DNA of 38,110 nucleotides, taken from contig JAGWSE010000176.1 in assembly GCA_028869395.1 (NCBI GenBank), positions 1 through 38,110 of the forward strand, written 5' to 3'. The notes under the pieces are model-generated. The model had not been told where the DNA came from and searched no databases. It was given only the letters and a program-made list of their open reading frames with translations. Every line of letters begins with the position of its first letter. The first letter of the stretch is position 1. A program made the translations under genes and the position numbers. Source of the stretch: Alphaproteobacteria bacterium (GTDB lineage Bacteria; Pseudomonadota; Alphaproteobacteria; Caulobacterales; Caulobacteraceae). Of the stretch, positions 20,494 through 30,000 are shown piece by piece.

Positions 20494-20579
20494 TCGGGGC
20501 CTTCGGAGCTAGGAGTTGGTGCTTCGCAACCCCAGCCTCTCAGCCCAGCCCCGAGTGAACAACCTTCATAGCTTCGACA
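19557..20579 (-). mobile_element. Complete IS481-family insertion sequence (1023 bp)
   Basis: Terminal IRs TGTCGTTTCCAAGAAGGTTGTTCAC and TGTCGAAGCTATGAAGGTTGTTCAC (20/25 identical, TGT...ACA ends); flanked by CCTAGT (19551-19556) and CCTAGG (20580-20585), the NCTAGN target of IS481. Confidence 0.95.
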
Positions 20580-20580
20580 C

Positions 20581-21660
20581 CTAGGCGGCGGCCGTCAGGT
20601 CCTCGCTCTCGCGCCGCAGCGCCCGCGCCAGCGCCGTGAGCAGGCCCGCGGTGCTGATCGGCAGCACGGCGTGCAGGTCGGCGCCCGCGTCCAGCGCCGC
20701 CGGCCCGGTGCGGCTTTCGGAGGACAGCGCCAGGATCGGGCGACGCCGCTGAGTGCGCTCGGCCTCCCGGCGGCGCAGCTTCTTCACCGCGGCCAGGCCG
20801 TCCTCCATGTCGATGTTGATCAGCAGCAGGTCGAAGGCGCGGTCGATGGCCGTCTCGGCGGCGCTCGCGCCGCTCGCCATCTCGACGACTTCCACCGGCA
20901 CGCCGGCGTCGGCGAAGACGCTGCGGGCGAGGGTGCGCCGGTCGACGTCGGAGTCGGCCAGCAGAACCTTGATGCGGCGATAGGCGGGCCGCTCGCGACG
21001 ATCCATGGCGCCCGGCCGGACGGAGTCGAGGATCAGCCGGTCGAGCAGGCTTCGCGCGTTCTCGATGGAGGCGATCATCCGCTTCAGTTCGGGTGTGTCG
21101 CAGACGCGGGTGAGAACGCTGGCGGCGCCCAGGACGCCGGTCAGTGGCCCGCGCGCATCGGCGCCGGCTTCAGGCAGGATCGCTGCCCGGTGCTCGGCCT
21201 GCTGGACGGCCTCCGACAGGCCCGCCAGCGTGCGCTCCAACTCCCGGTGGGCGGCGCGCGAGGCGTCTTCGGCGAACTTGCGGCGCAACTGCATCTCCAC
21301 ACGGACGGCGGCGACCTCCATGTCCACGGGTTTGCTGATGTAGTCGTTGGCGCCCATCAGCAGCGCCTCGACCACGTCCTCGCTGGCGGACTTGGCCGTC
21401 ACCATGATCACCGGCAGGGAGACTTCGGAGTGCGCTTCGCGCAGGCGTCGCAGCACTTCCAGCCCATCGATGCCGGGCATCATAATGTCCAGCAGCACGA
21501 GGTCGAAGGGGTAGGTCGAGACCATCGCCAGGGCCTTCGCGCCGTCGGCGGCTTCCAGCACCTCGTAGCCCAGGCGGGTGAAGCGGCGGCGCAGCAGGCT
21601 GCGGTTATCCTCGACGTCGTCGACGACGAGCAGGCGCGGCTGGGTGCTGGTCGAGTCCAT
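20581..21660 (-). CDS. Atypical response regulator: REC + degenerate HisKA/DHp + pseudo-REC
   Basis: Canonical REC1 (DD14-15, D58, T88, K110); residues about 161-212 follow the HisKA pattern without the His; REC2 has N282 at the phospho-Asp position and lacks the Lys. Confidence 0.8.
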   Translation of the reverse strand: MDSTSTQPRLLVVDDVEDNRSLLRRRFTRLGYEVLEAADGAKALAMVSTYPFDLVLLDIMMPGIDGLEVLRRLREAHSEVSLPVIMVTAKSASEDVVEALLMGANDYISKPVDMEVAAVRVEMQLRRKFAEDASRAAHRELERTLAGLSEAVQQAEHRAAILPEAGADARGPLTGVLGAASVLTRVCDTPELKRMIASIENARSLLDRLILDSVRPGAMDRRERPAYRRIKVLLADSDVDRRTLARSVFADAGVPVEVVEMASGASAAETAIDRAFDLLLINIDMEDGLAAVKKLRRREAERTQRRRPILALSSESRTGPAALDAGADLHAVLPISTAGLLTALARALRRESEDLTAAA

Positions 21661-21740
21661 GGCTCTCGAAACCGGCTTGCGCGGGATGTGCGCGAGCCTG
21701 CTGTAGCTTTCAGCCGTTAAGCAAGTACAACCGCCTGTGG

Positions 21741-22559
21741 TTAAGCGTGCGTGTGCGCGCTATTCGTGCGCTCGATCAGCGCCATGGCGCCGGCGGGCGC
21801 GCGCACCTTCCCCTCATGGATCACGAAGGCGTAGACGTCGCGCGGCGCGCGGGGGGCCTCCTCGGGCGAGACGGCGGCCAGGTCGTCGGGCCGCCCGCCC
21901 GCGGCATAGGTCTCGAAGCGCCGCGCCCAGAGATCGAGATCGCCCGCCGCATAGGCGGTCTCCACGTCGTCGGATCCGGTCTGCAGGCGGGCGTAGACGA
22001 ACGGTCCCGTGACGTCGGGGATCATCGGGTAGCTGGCGTGGTCGGCGAGCACGACCGCAACGTCGTGCTTGCGGCAGAGGGCCACGAATTCCGGGACCTT
22101 GAAGCTGTCGTGCCGCGGCTCGACGGCGTGCTGGATCGCGATCCCGTCCTGCTTGCGCGGCAGCAGTTTCAGGAAACCCTCGAAGTCGTCCGGGTCGAAC
22201 TTCTTGGTCCCCATGAACTGCCACAGGATCGGGCCCAGCCGGTCGCCCAGCTCGGCCAGGCCCTGGCCCATGAACTTCGCCATCGACTCGCCCATGTCGG
22301 CGAGCACCCGCCGGTTGGTGCAGAAGCGGGAGGCCTTGACGGTGAACTTGAAGCCGTCGGGCGTACAGGCCCGCCACTTCGCCCAGCTCTCCGGCTTGAA
22401 GGTGGAATAGTAGGTGCCGTTGATCTCGATGGCGCTGACGTGGCGGGCCGCATATTCCAGCTCGTCGGCGTGCTTCAGCCCCTTGGGGTAGAACACGCCG
22501 CGCCAGGGCTCGAAGGTCCAGCCTCCCATCCCGGCCCGGATGCGACCCGCCGCCGCCAT
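21741..22559 (-). CDS. DUF72 (YecE-like) protein
   Basis: IRAGMGGW...WRGVFYP, IEINGTYY, FKFTVKA, LGPILWQF, AVEPRHDSF, FVYARL; start MAAAGR. Confidence 0.88.
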   Translation of the reverse strand: MAAAGRIRAGMGGWTFEPWRGVFYPKGLKHADELEYAARHVSAIEINGTYYSTFKPESWAKWRACTPDGFKFTVKASRFCTNRRVLADMGESMAKFMGQGLAELGDRLGPILWQFMGTKKFDPDDFEGFLKLLPRKQDGIAIQHAVEPRHDSFKVPEFVALCRKHDVAVVLADHASYPMIPDVTGPFVYARLQTGSDDVETAYAAGDLDLWARRFETYAAGGRPDDLAAVSPEEAPRAPRDVYAFVIHEGKVRAPAGAMALIERTNSAHTHA

Positions 22560-22563
22560 CGGA

Positions 22564-24231
22564 TTACTTCCGCTGCGAGGCGGTCTTGTCGCGCGCCGCC
22601 TTGAACTCCGAGTTCGGATACCAGGTCGGCCACTCGCGGGAGTTGGCCAACTGACGGCCCAGGTCATAGAGCAGGTCAACGTCCTCGGCCATGCCGGTCA
22701 GGTCCCACTTCGGGTCGAACTGGTCGGACGGCTGGTGGTAGTGCAGCTTCGTATAGGTCTCCGCCGCCAGCTCGCCGGCCGCCTTGCCGCCCTTCACCAG
22801 GTCGATGCCCGAGCCGAACGAGATCGCCGGCACGCCCTCCTTGGCGAACGAGAAGTGGTCGGAGCGGAAGAAGTGGCCCGCGCCGGGGTTCGGGTCCGGC
22901 GTGAAATAGCGGCCGTGCGTCTTGGCGACCTTGATCAGATCATCCTGCAAGGTCAGGCCGCCCTGGCCGGAGGTGGTGATGTCGCGGGTCGGCCCGGCGG
23001 GCGACAACGCGTCCATGTTGATGTCCGCCACCGTCGTCGCCAGCGGATAGAGCGGGTGGGTGGCGTAGTACTCAGAGCCCAGCAGCCCCTGCTCTTCGGC
23101 GGTCACGGAGAGGAACTCGACCGTGCGCTGGGTGCGCGGCGCGTGCGCGAACGCCCGGCCGAGCTCGATCAGCGCCGCCGTGCCGGTGCCGTTGTCGACC
23201 GCGCCGTTGTAGATCCGGTCGCCGGTCTTGTCCGGGGCGCCGACGCCCAGGTGGTCCCAGTGGGCGGAGTAGATCACCCGCTCGTTCGGATGGGTCGTGC
23301 CGGGCAGCACGCCCACGATGTTGTGGGAGATGACGTTCTTCTTGGCGACGTTGAAGTCGGTCGAGAAGGTCACGCCCTTCAGCACGACCGGCTGGAAGGC
23401 CCGCGTCTGCGCCTCCTTCTTCAGCGCATCATAGTCGAGGCCAGCCTTCTTGAAGAGCTCGACGGTCGGCTCGTGCTGGATCCAGGCCTCCACCGGCACG
23501 TGGGCCGCGGCGGGATCCTTGCGGGTGATGTCGAACACCGCGCCGGTGTTGGAGTTCTTCACCACGGCCCAGCCGTAGGAGGCGGGCTTGGTCTCGTGGA
23601 TGACGATCATGCCCAGCGCGCCCCGCCGGGCCGCTTCCTCGTACTTGTACGTCCAGCGGCCGTAGTAGGTCATCGCCTTGCCGCCGAAGTCGCACCCATT
23701 TTCGCATTTGGGCGCGGTCTCGAAATCGGGGTCGTTGACCAGCACCAGGGCCACTTTCCCGTGCAGGTCCATGCCCTTGTAGTCGTCCCAGTGCCGCTCC
23801 GGGGCGGTCACGCCATACCCCACGAACACCACTGGGGCGTTCTTGATGTCGATGTGGGTCTGGCCGTTCTGGGCCGGCAGGATGGCCACCTGGTCGCCCT
23901 GGGTCATCTCTTCCGTCTGGCCGTTCACGGTGAAGGCGATCTTCATCGGGCCGGTGATCTGGAAGCGGGTAAGCGGCACGGCCTGGGTCCAGGCGCGGCC
24001 GGACTTGGTCTTGTCGCCGCCCGGCTTCAGACCGTCTTCCTTGAACTGCTTGATGATGTACGCGACGGTCCGGGTCTCGCCGATCGTGGCGATGCCGCGG
24101 CCCTCGAAGGCGTCGGACGACAGCACCTTGTCGTCGGCCTTAAGCCGCGTGGGGCTGATCGGCCCTTGCGCCGCCACGGCGGAGCCCGAAATCAACGCGG
24201 CCGTCGCCGCAAACAGGACAAGCTTTTTCAT
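22564..24231 (-). CDS. Secreted M28 metallopeptidase with PA domain
   Basis: Signal peptide MKKLVLFAATAAL, SSDAFEGR, FVGYG, YYGRWTYK, AHWDH, GAVDNGTG, AEEQG, INMD, RSDH, YHQPSD. Confidence 0.92.
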   Translation of the reverse strand: MKKLVLFAATAALISGSAVAAQGPISPTRLKADDKVLSSDAFEGRGIATIGETRTVAYIIKQFKEDGLKPGGDKTKSGRAWTQAVPLTRFQITGPMKIAFTVNGQTEEMTQGDQVAILPAQNGQTHIDIKNAPVVFVGYGVTAPERHWDDYKGMDLHGKVALVLVNDPDFETAPKCENGCDFGGKAMTYYGRWTYKYEEAARRGALGMIVIHETKPASYGWAVVKNSNTGAVFDITRKDPAAAHVPVEAWIQHEPTVELFKKAGLDYDALKKEAQTRAFQPVVLKGVTFSTDFNVAKKNVISHNIVGVLPGTTHPNERVIYSAHWDHLGVGAPDKTGDRIYNGAVDNGTGTAALIELGRAFAHAPRTQRTVEFLSVTAEEQGLLGSEYYATHPLYPLATTVADINMDALSPAGPTRDITTSGQGGLTLQDDLIKVAKTHGRYFTPDPNPGAGHFFRSDHFSFAKEGVPAISFGSGIDLVKGGKAAGELAAETYTKLHYHQPSDQFDPKWDLTGMAEDVDLLYDLGRQLANSREWPTWYPNSEFKAARDKTASQRK

Positions 24232-24579
24232 CTTCACTGGACCCCCAGGGCGCAAAGTTGCGCGCGACCCTAGCGGCGGGAACCGGAATCCGCCAGCGGG
24301 CGCCCCGGCAAAGTTGAGCCGCGCGGGCAGGGCCCGCTGCGACAGGAAGAAATCGCACGAAGAGGTTGAGCTCGATTGGCTTGCAGCCACGCAGGCCCCG
24401 GTCTAGGGCGTCGCAGGCGCCGCTTTGTCTTGGGCGCACTCGCCGAATTCGGGTATGCGGGCCCCCAGCGCCGATGTCGGGCGGGGCGCGGTGAAGAACG
24501 TCTTCGAAGGACGCACGCCGCATCCGAACCTGGCGCTCGCGGCGACTATCGGACGAACGGGGGCTAGACCTTACTCTTC

Positions 24580-26007
24580 ATGCGCATCGCTCGGACGGCA
24601 GCTCTGCTTGCGAGCCTGACGCTCGCCGCCTGCGCCCATGCGCGCCAGGCCGACGTGCGCCTGCCCGCCGCCTACGAGGCGCCGCAGCCCGCCGCGGGGA
24701 CCGCGCCCGTCGCCCTCGACCGCTGGTGGACCGCCTTCGACGATCCGCAGCTGGACGGCCTGATCGCACACGCGCTCACCGCCAATCCGGACGCCCGCAG
24801 CGCCGCCGCCCGGTTGCGCGAAGCCCGCGCCACCGCCGAAAGCAGCCTCACGCAGTTCCTCCCGCAGGGCGATGCGACCGCCTCGGCCCGGCGCACACAC
24901 ACCCAGCAGCTCTCCGGGACGGTCATCAACTTCCCGGGCTTCTCCACCAGCGGCACGAGCGAGCAGGACGCGGCGAATCTCAACGTCTCCTGGGAGATCG
25001 ACCTCTTCGGGCGGATCTTCGGCGCGTCGCGCGCGGCCCGCGGCGACGTCGCCACCGCCGAGTTCGACTACGAGGCCACGCGCTGGAGCCTCGCCGCTCA
25101 GCTCGCCGACGCCTACTTCCAGGCCCGCGGCTACGCCATCCAGCTCGCCGACGCCCAGGAGGCGGTGCAGATCGAGCAGGGGCTCTATGACGTCGCCGAG
25201 AAGCGCGCCCAGCGCGGCCTGGGAACCACGGCGGACGCCGACCGCATCGCCGGCGATCTCGCCCAGGCGCGCGCCACGGCCGAGAACCAGAAGGCGCTGC
25301 TGCAGGCGGAGCGGCGCCAGGTGCTGATCCTCGCCGGCCGGCCGATCGACCCGACCGCCAGCCTGTCGGTCCCCGCGCAGGTGGGCCGCATCCCGCAGGT
25401 GCCGGCCACCCTGCCGAGCCAGCTGCTGGAGCGACGCCCCGACATCCGTGAGGCCCAGGCCCGGGTGGAATCCGCCTCCGGCCGGCTGCTGCTGCAGGAC
25501 CTCGCCTTCTTCCCGACCTTCACCCTGACGCCCGGCGTCGGCTGGTCGCGGGTGGTGCAGCCCGGCTTCCGGTCCACCTCCGACAGCTGGACGCTCGGCG
25601 GCAGCCTCACCCAGCCGGTGTTCTCGATTCCCCGGCTGCTCCTCGACCTCAAGGCCCAGAACGCCCGCACCGAGGAAGCCGTGCTGGGCTACGAGAAGGC
25701 CGTGCAGACCGCCTTCGGAGAGGCCGAGGGCGCGCTCGTCAACCTCGACGCCGACCGCCGCCGGGTGGCGATCCTGACCGAGGGCGAGGCTCGCGCACGG
25801 CGCGCCTACGACGCCGCGCGGCTGGGCTACGAACGCGGCCTCACCGATCTCGACACCGCGCTGAACGCCGAGCAGACCTGGCGCTCCGCCCGCATCCAGC
25901 TCACCTCCGCCCGCATCCAGGGCCTGCGCCAGGCCGTGGCCGCCTACAAGGCGATCGGCGGCGGCTGGCCGGGCGCCGACCTTCCGACCTCCGAGCAGGC
26001 CCGCTGA
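24580..26007 (+). CDS. Efflux outer-membrane factor lipoprotein (NodT/OprM family)
   Basis: Lipobox LAAC, WWTAFDDPQL, SWEIDLFG, LLERRPDIREA, YKAIGGGW. Confidence 0.93.
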   Translation: MRIARTAALLASLTLAACAHARQADVRLPAAYEAPQPAAGTAPVALDRWWTAFDDPQLDGLIAHALTANPDARSAAARLREARATAESSLTQFLPQGDATASARRTHTQQLSGTVINFPGFSTSGTSEQDAANLNVSWEIDLFGRIFGASRAARGDVATAEFDYEATRWSLAAQLADAYFQARGYAIQLADAQEAVQIEQGLYDVAEKRAQRGLGTTADADRIAGDLAQARATAENQKALLQAERRQVLILAGRPIDPTASLSVPAQVGRIPQVPATLPSQLLERRPDIREAQARVESASGRLLLQDLAFFPTFTLTPGVGWSRVVQPGFRSTSDSWTLGGSLTQPVFSIPRLLLDLKAQNARTEEAVLGYEKAVQTAFGEAEGALVNLDADRRRVAILTEGEARARRAYDAARLGYERGLTDLDTALNAEQTWRSARIQLTSARIQGLRQAVAAYKAIGGGWPGADLPTSEQAR

Positions 26008-26019
26008 GATGAGCCCCGC

Positions 26020-27099
26020 ATGAGACCCCGCGTCCTCCTCCTCTCGCTCGCGCTCGCCGCCGTGGCGCTCTCCGGCTGCAAGCGGCCGCCGCCGGCCCAC
26101 GCGGCCGACGCTTCGCAGGCGCGCGCCGTCAGCGTCGTGCGCGTGCAGTCGCAGGTGATCGAGGGCTCGCTCACGGCCACCGGCGACCTGCTGCCGCGCG
26201 AGCAGGCGGCCGTCCTGCCGGAGGTGGCCGGCTACCGCGTGCAGCGCGTCCTCGCCGACGTGGGCGATTGGGTGAAGAAGGGTCAGGTGCTGGTCCAGCT
26301 CGACCCCGCCCTGCTCGAGGGCCAGCTCGCCCAGGCCCAGGCGCAGTACCAGCAGGCCGTAGACCAGGCGAACCGCGTCAAGGGCCTCGACAACTCCGGG
26401 GTGCTCTCGGCCGAGCAGATCGAGCAGCGGCGCATCCAGGTGCGCGTCGCCGCCGCCCAGCTGCGCGACCTGCAGACCCGCCGCCGCATGATGCAGGTGA
26501 CCTCACCGGTGTCCGGCCTCGTGCTGCAGAAGAATGTCCAGCCCGGAGACCTCTCGGCGCTCGGCGGCACGCCCTATTTCCTGCTGGCCCGAGACGGCGA
26601 GATCGAGCTGCAGGCGCAGCTCTCCGAAGCCGACCTCGCGAAGGTGCATCCGGGCAGCGCGGTGATGGTCACCCTGCCCGACGGGTCGGTGGTCAACGGG
26701 GCCGTGCGCCTGGTCAGCCCGCAGATCGACGCCCAGACCAAGCTCGGCTACGTCCGCGTCCGCTTGCCGGTGCGCTCCGACGTCCGCTCCGGCGGCTTCG
26801 CCCGTGCGGTGTTCGTGGGCGCCGCCTCGACCGCGCCCAGCGTGCCCGACACCGCCATCAGCTATGACGCCGACGGAGCCAGCGTGATGGTCGTCGAGCC
26901 GAACGACCGCATCCACCGGGTGCTGGTGGAGACCGGACCCCGCGGCGGCGGCTGGGTGCAGCTGATCAAGGGCCCGCCGGTCGGCACGCCGATCGTGCGC
27001 GCCGCGGGCGGCCTGCTGCTGGACGGCGACCTCATCCGGCCGGTGGAGGAAGCCGCGCCCGCCGCGCAGCCCGCGCCGTCCCCAGGCGCGCGTCGATGA
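26020..27099 (+). CDS. RND periplasmic adaptor (membrane fusion protein)
   Basis: Lipobox LSGC, lipoyl-like VGDWVKKGQVLVQLD, coiled hairpin, SPVSG, VSPQID. Confidence 0.93.
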   Translation: MRPRVLLLSLALAAVALSGCKRPPPAHAADASQARAVSVVRVQSQVIEGSLTATGDLLPREQAAVLPEVAGYRVQRVLADVGDWVKKGQVLVQLDPALLEGQLAQAQAQYQQAVDQANRVKGLDNSGVLSAEQIEQRRIQVRVAAAQLRDLQTRRRMMQVTSPVSGLVLQKNVQPGDLSALGGTPYFLLARDGEIELQAQLSEADLAKVHPGSAVMVTLPDGSVVNGAVRLVSPQIDAQTKLGYVRVRLPVRSDVRSGGFARAVFVGAASTAPSVPDTAISYDADGASVMVVEPNDRIHRVLVETGPRGGGWVQLIKGPPVGTPIVRAAGGLLLDGDLIRPVEEAAPAAQPAPSPGARR

Positions 27100-30000
27100 G
27101 CGATCCGATCCACCGGCCGACGATCCGGATCTCCGCCTGGGCGATCAAGAATCCCGTCCCCGTGGCGGTGCTGTTCATCGCCCTCGTGATGGCCGGCCTG
27201 ATCGCCTACACGGGCCTGCCCATCAAGCAGTACCCCAACGTCTCCTTCCCCGTGGTCGCGGTCACCGTCACCGAGAACGGCGCCGCGCCCGACCAGATGG
27301 AGACCCAGATCACCCGGCCGGTCGAAGACGCCATGGCCGGCATCGCCGGCGCGCGGAACGTCTATTCGACGATCACCGAGGGCGTCTCGACCACCTCCAT
27401 CGAGTTCGAGCTTGGCGAGGACCTGCAGAAGAAGACCGACGAGGTGCGCCAGCGCGTCGCCCAGGTCCGCGCCCAGCTGCCCAAGGACATCGACGAGCCG
27501 ATCGTCCAGCGCGTGGAGATCGAGGACCGGCCGATCCTCACCTTCGCCGTGGCGAATCCCCGGATGGACGCCGCCCAGCTTTCCTGGTTCGTGGACGAGA
27601 CGGTCGCCAACACGCTCCAGTCGCTGCCCGGGGTCGCTGGCGTCAGCCGCGTGGGCGGCGTGACCCGCGAGATCAACGTCATCCTCGATCCGGACAGGAT
27701 GGCCGCGCGGGGGCTCACCGCGCCGCAGGTCAACAACGCCCTGCGCTCCATCTCGCTGGATGCGCCCGGAGGGCGCCTGCAGGTCGGCGGGCAGGAGCAG
27801 ACCCTGCGCGTCATGGGCTCGGTGAAGACCGTCGAGCAGCTGCGCAACCTCTCGATCCCGACCACCGCAGGGAGGTACGTGAAGCTGACCGACGTCGCCG
27901 ACGTCGGCGACGGCTCGAGCGAGGTGCGCGGCTTCGCCCGCCTGAACGGCCGGCCGGTGGTGGGCTTCAACGTCTCCAAGACCAAGGACTCCAGCGACGT
28001 CACCGTCGAGGACGAGGTCAAGCAGGCGCTGGCCAAGCTCTCCACCCAGAACCCGGCAGTGAAGTTCACCCCCATCGCCCGCCCGGGGCAGGGACTGTCG
28101 TTCGCCAAGATCTTCTCCTCGGTGGACGAGACGCGGGCGAGCTTCACGGCGACCCAGCACGTGCTGGCCGAGGGCATGCTGCTGGCCGCCCTGGTGGTGT
28201 TCCTGTTCCTGCGCGACTGGCGCGCCACCGCGATCGCCGCGATCGCCATGCCGGTCTCGCTGATCCCGACCTTCTTCGTGATGAACCTGGCCGGGTTCTC
28301 GCTGAATGTGGTGACTCTTCTCGCGCTGACGCTGGTCATCGGCATCCTGGTCGATGACGCCATCGTCGAGATCGAGAACATCGAGAAACGGGTGGCCACG
28401 GGGGTGAGGCCCTTCCAGGCCGCCATGGAAGGCGCCGACGCCATCGGCCTGGCGGTGGTGGCGACCACCATGGCGATCGTCGTGGTCTTCACGCCGGTCA
28501 GCTTCATGAAGGGCATGGCCGGCCAGTTCTTCAAGGAGTTCGGCCTGACCGTTTCGGTGGCGGTGCTCTTCTCGCTGCTGGTGGCCCGCCTGCTGACCCC
28601 GCTGATGGCCGCCTATCTGATGAAGCCCACCGCGCGGCCGCATCCGCGCAAGCCGTTCCAGGGCTTCTACCGCAACGCACTGGAATGGGCGCTCGACCAC
28701 CGGATCGTGGCCTCGATCCTGGGCGGCGTGATCTTCATCGCCTCGGTGTTCCTGGTGCCCATGCTGCCCAAGGGCTTCCAGCCGGCGGGCGACCCCGACT
28801 ACCTCTATGTGAACATCCAGGGCCCGCCCGGCGCGACGGCCTCCGACATGGAGGGCGTGGCCGCCCGCATCAACACCATCTTCCAGGGCGACCCGAACAT
28901 CACCGGTGTCTTCGTCCAGGTGGGTTCGACGGCCAGCCAGGGCTTCGGTCCGGGCAGTGGCGGCGGCGGCGGCGACCTGCGCAGCGGCACGGCCACCATC
29001 CTGCTGAAGTCCGACCGGCACGTCACCGGTGACCAGCTCCGCGCCAAGTACCGCACCGCCCTTCGCCAGATCCCGGACGCGCGCGTGGACTTCCTCGACT
29101 TCCAGGGGCAGGCCGGGGTGCAGCAGATCCTCGCGGGCAACGACCCGGTCGCGCTGAACCGCGCCGCGCTCGAGCTGCAGCGCGAGATGCGCACCATCCC
29201 GATCATCTCCGATCCCCGGCCCTCGGTGCCGCCGACCGGGCCCGAGGTGGTGATCCGGCCAAAGCCCGCTGAGGCCGCCCGGCTCGGCGTCTCGGCCGAC
29301 AGCATCGCCACCATCGCGCGCGTTGCGACCGTCGGCGACGTGGACGCCAACGTGCCGAAGATGGACGAGGGCGAGCGGCGCATCCCGATCCGCGTCCGGC
29401 TGCCGGAGAACGCCCGCGCCGACCTCGCGCGGCTGGGCGCCATGCAGGTGCCGACCGCCTCGGGCGGGACCACGCGCCTCGACGAGGTGGCGAACATCTC
29501 CTTCCAGGCCGGCGCGTCCCAGATCTCGCGGCTCAACCGCAAGCGCCAGATCACCATCGAGGCGGCGCTCAACGGGGCGGAGCTCGGCCAGGCCACCGCC
29601 GCCATCCAGAAACTGCCCATCATGCGTCACCTGCCGCCAGGCGTGACGCCGGCCGACATCGGACAGCAGGAGGCGATGCGCGAGCTCTTCTCCTCCTTCG
29701 GCATGGCGATCTTCGCCGGCGTCTCGATGATTTTCGGCGTGCTGGTCCTGCTGTTCCGCTCCTTCTTCAAGCCGGCGGTGATCCTCTCGGCCCTGCCGCT
29801 GGCGGTGGGCGGCGCCTTCCTGGGCCTGCTCCTCTTCCACCTGTCGCTGTCGATCCCTTCGCTGATCGGCTTCCTGATGCTGCTGGGGCTCGCGGCGAAG
29901 AATTCCATCCTGCTCGTCGAGTACGCCATCGAGGGCGAGCGGGCCGGGCTCTCGCAGCGCGAGGCGCTCATCGAGGCCTGCCGCGAGCGCGCGCGGCCGA

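Noticed and set aside
24425-24619. Small ORFs in the peptidase-RND intergenic region
   Set aside because: No convincing SD, weak codon bias, no recognisable motif, and overlap with the OMF start in another frame.
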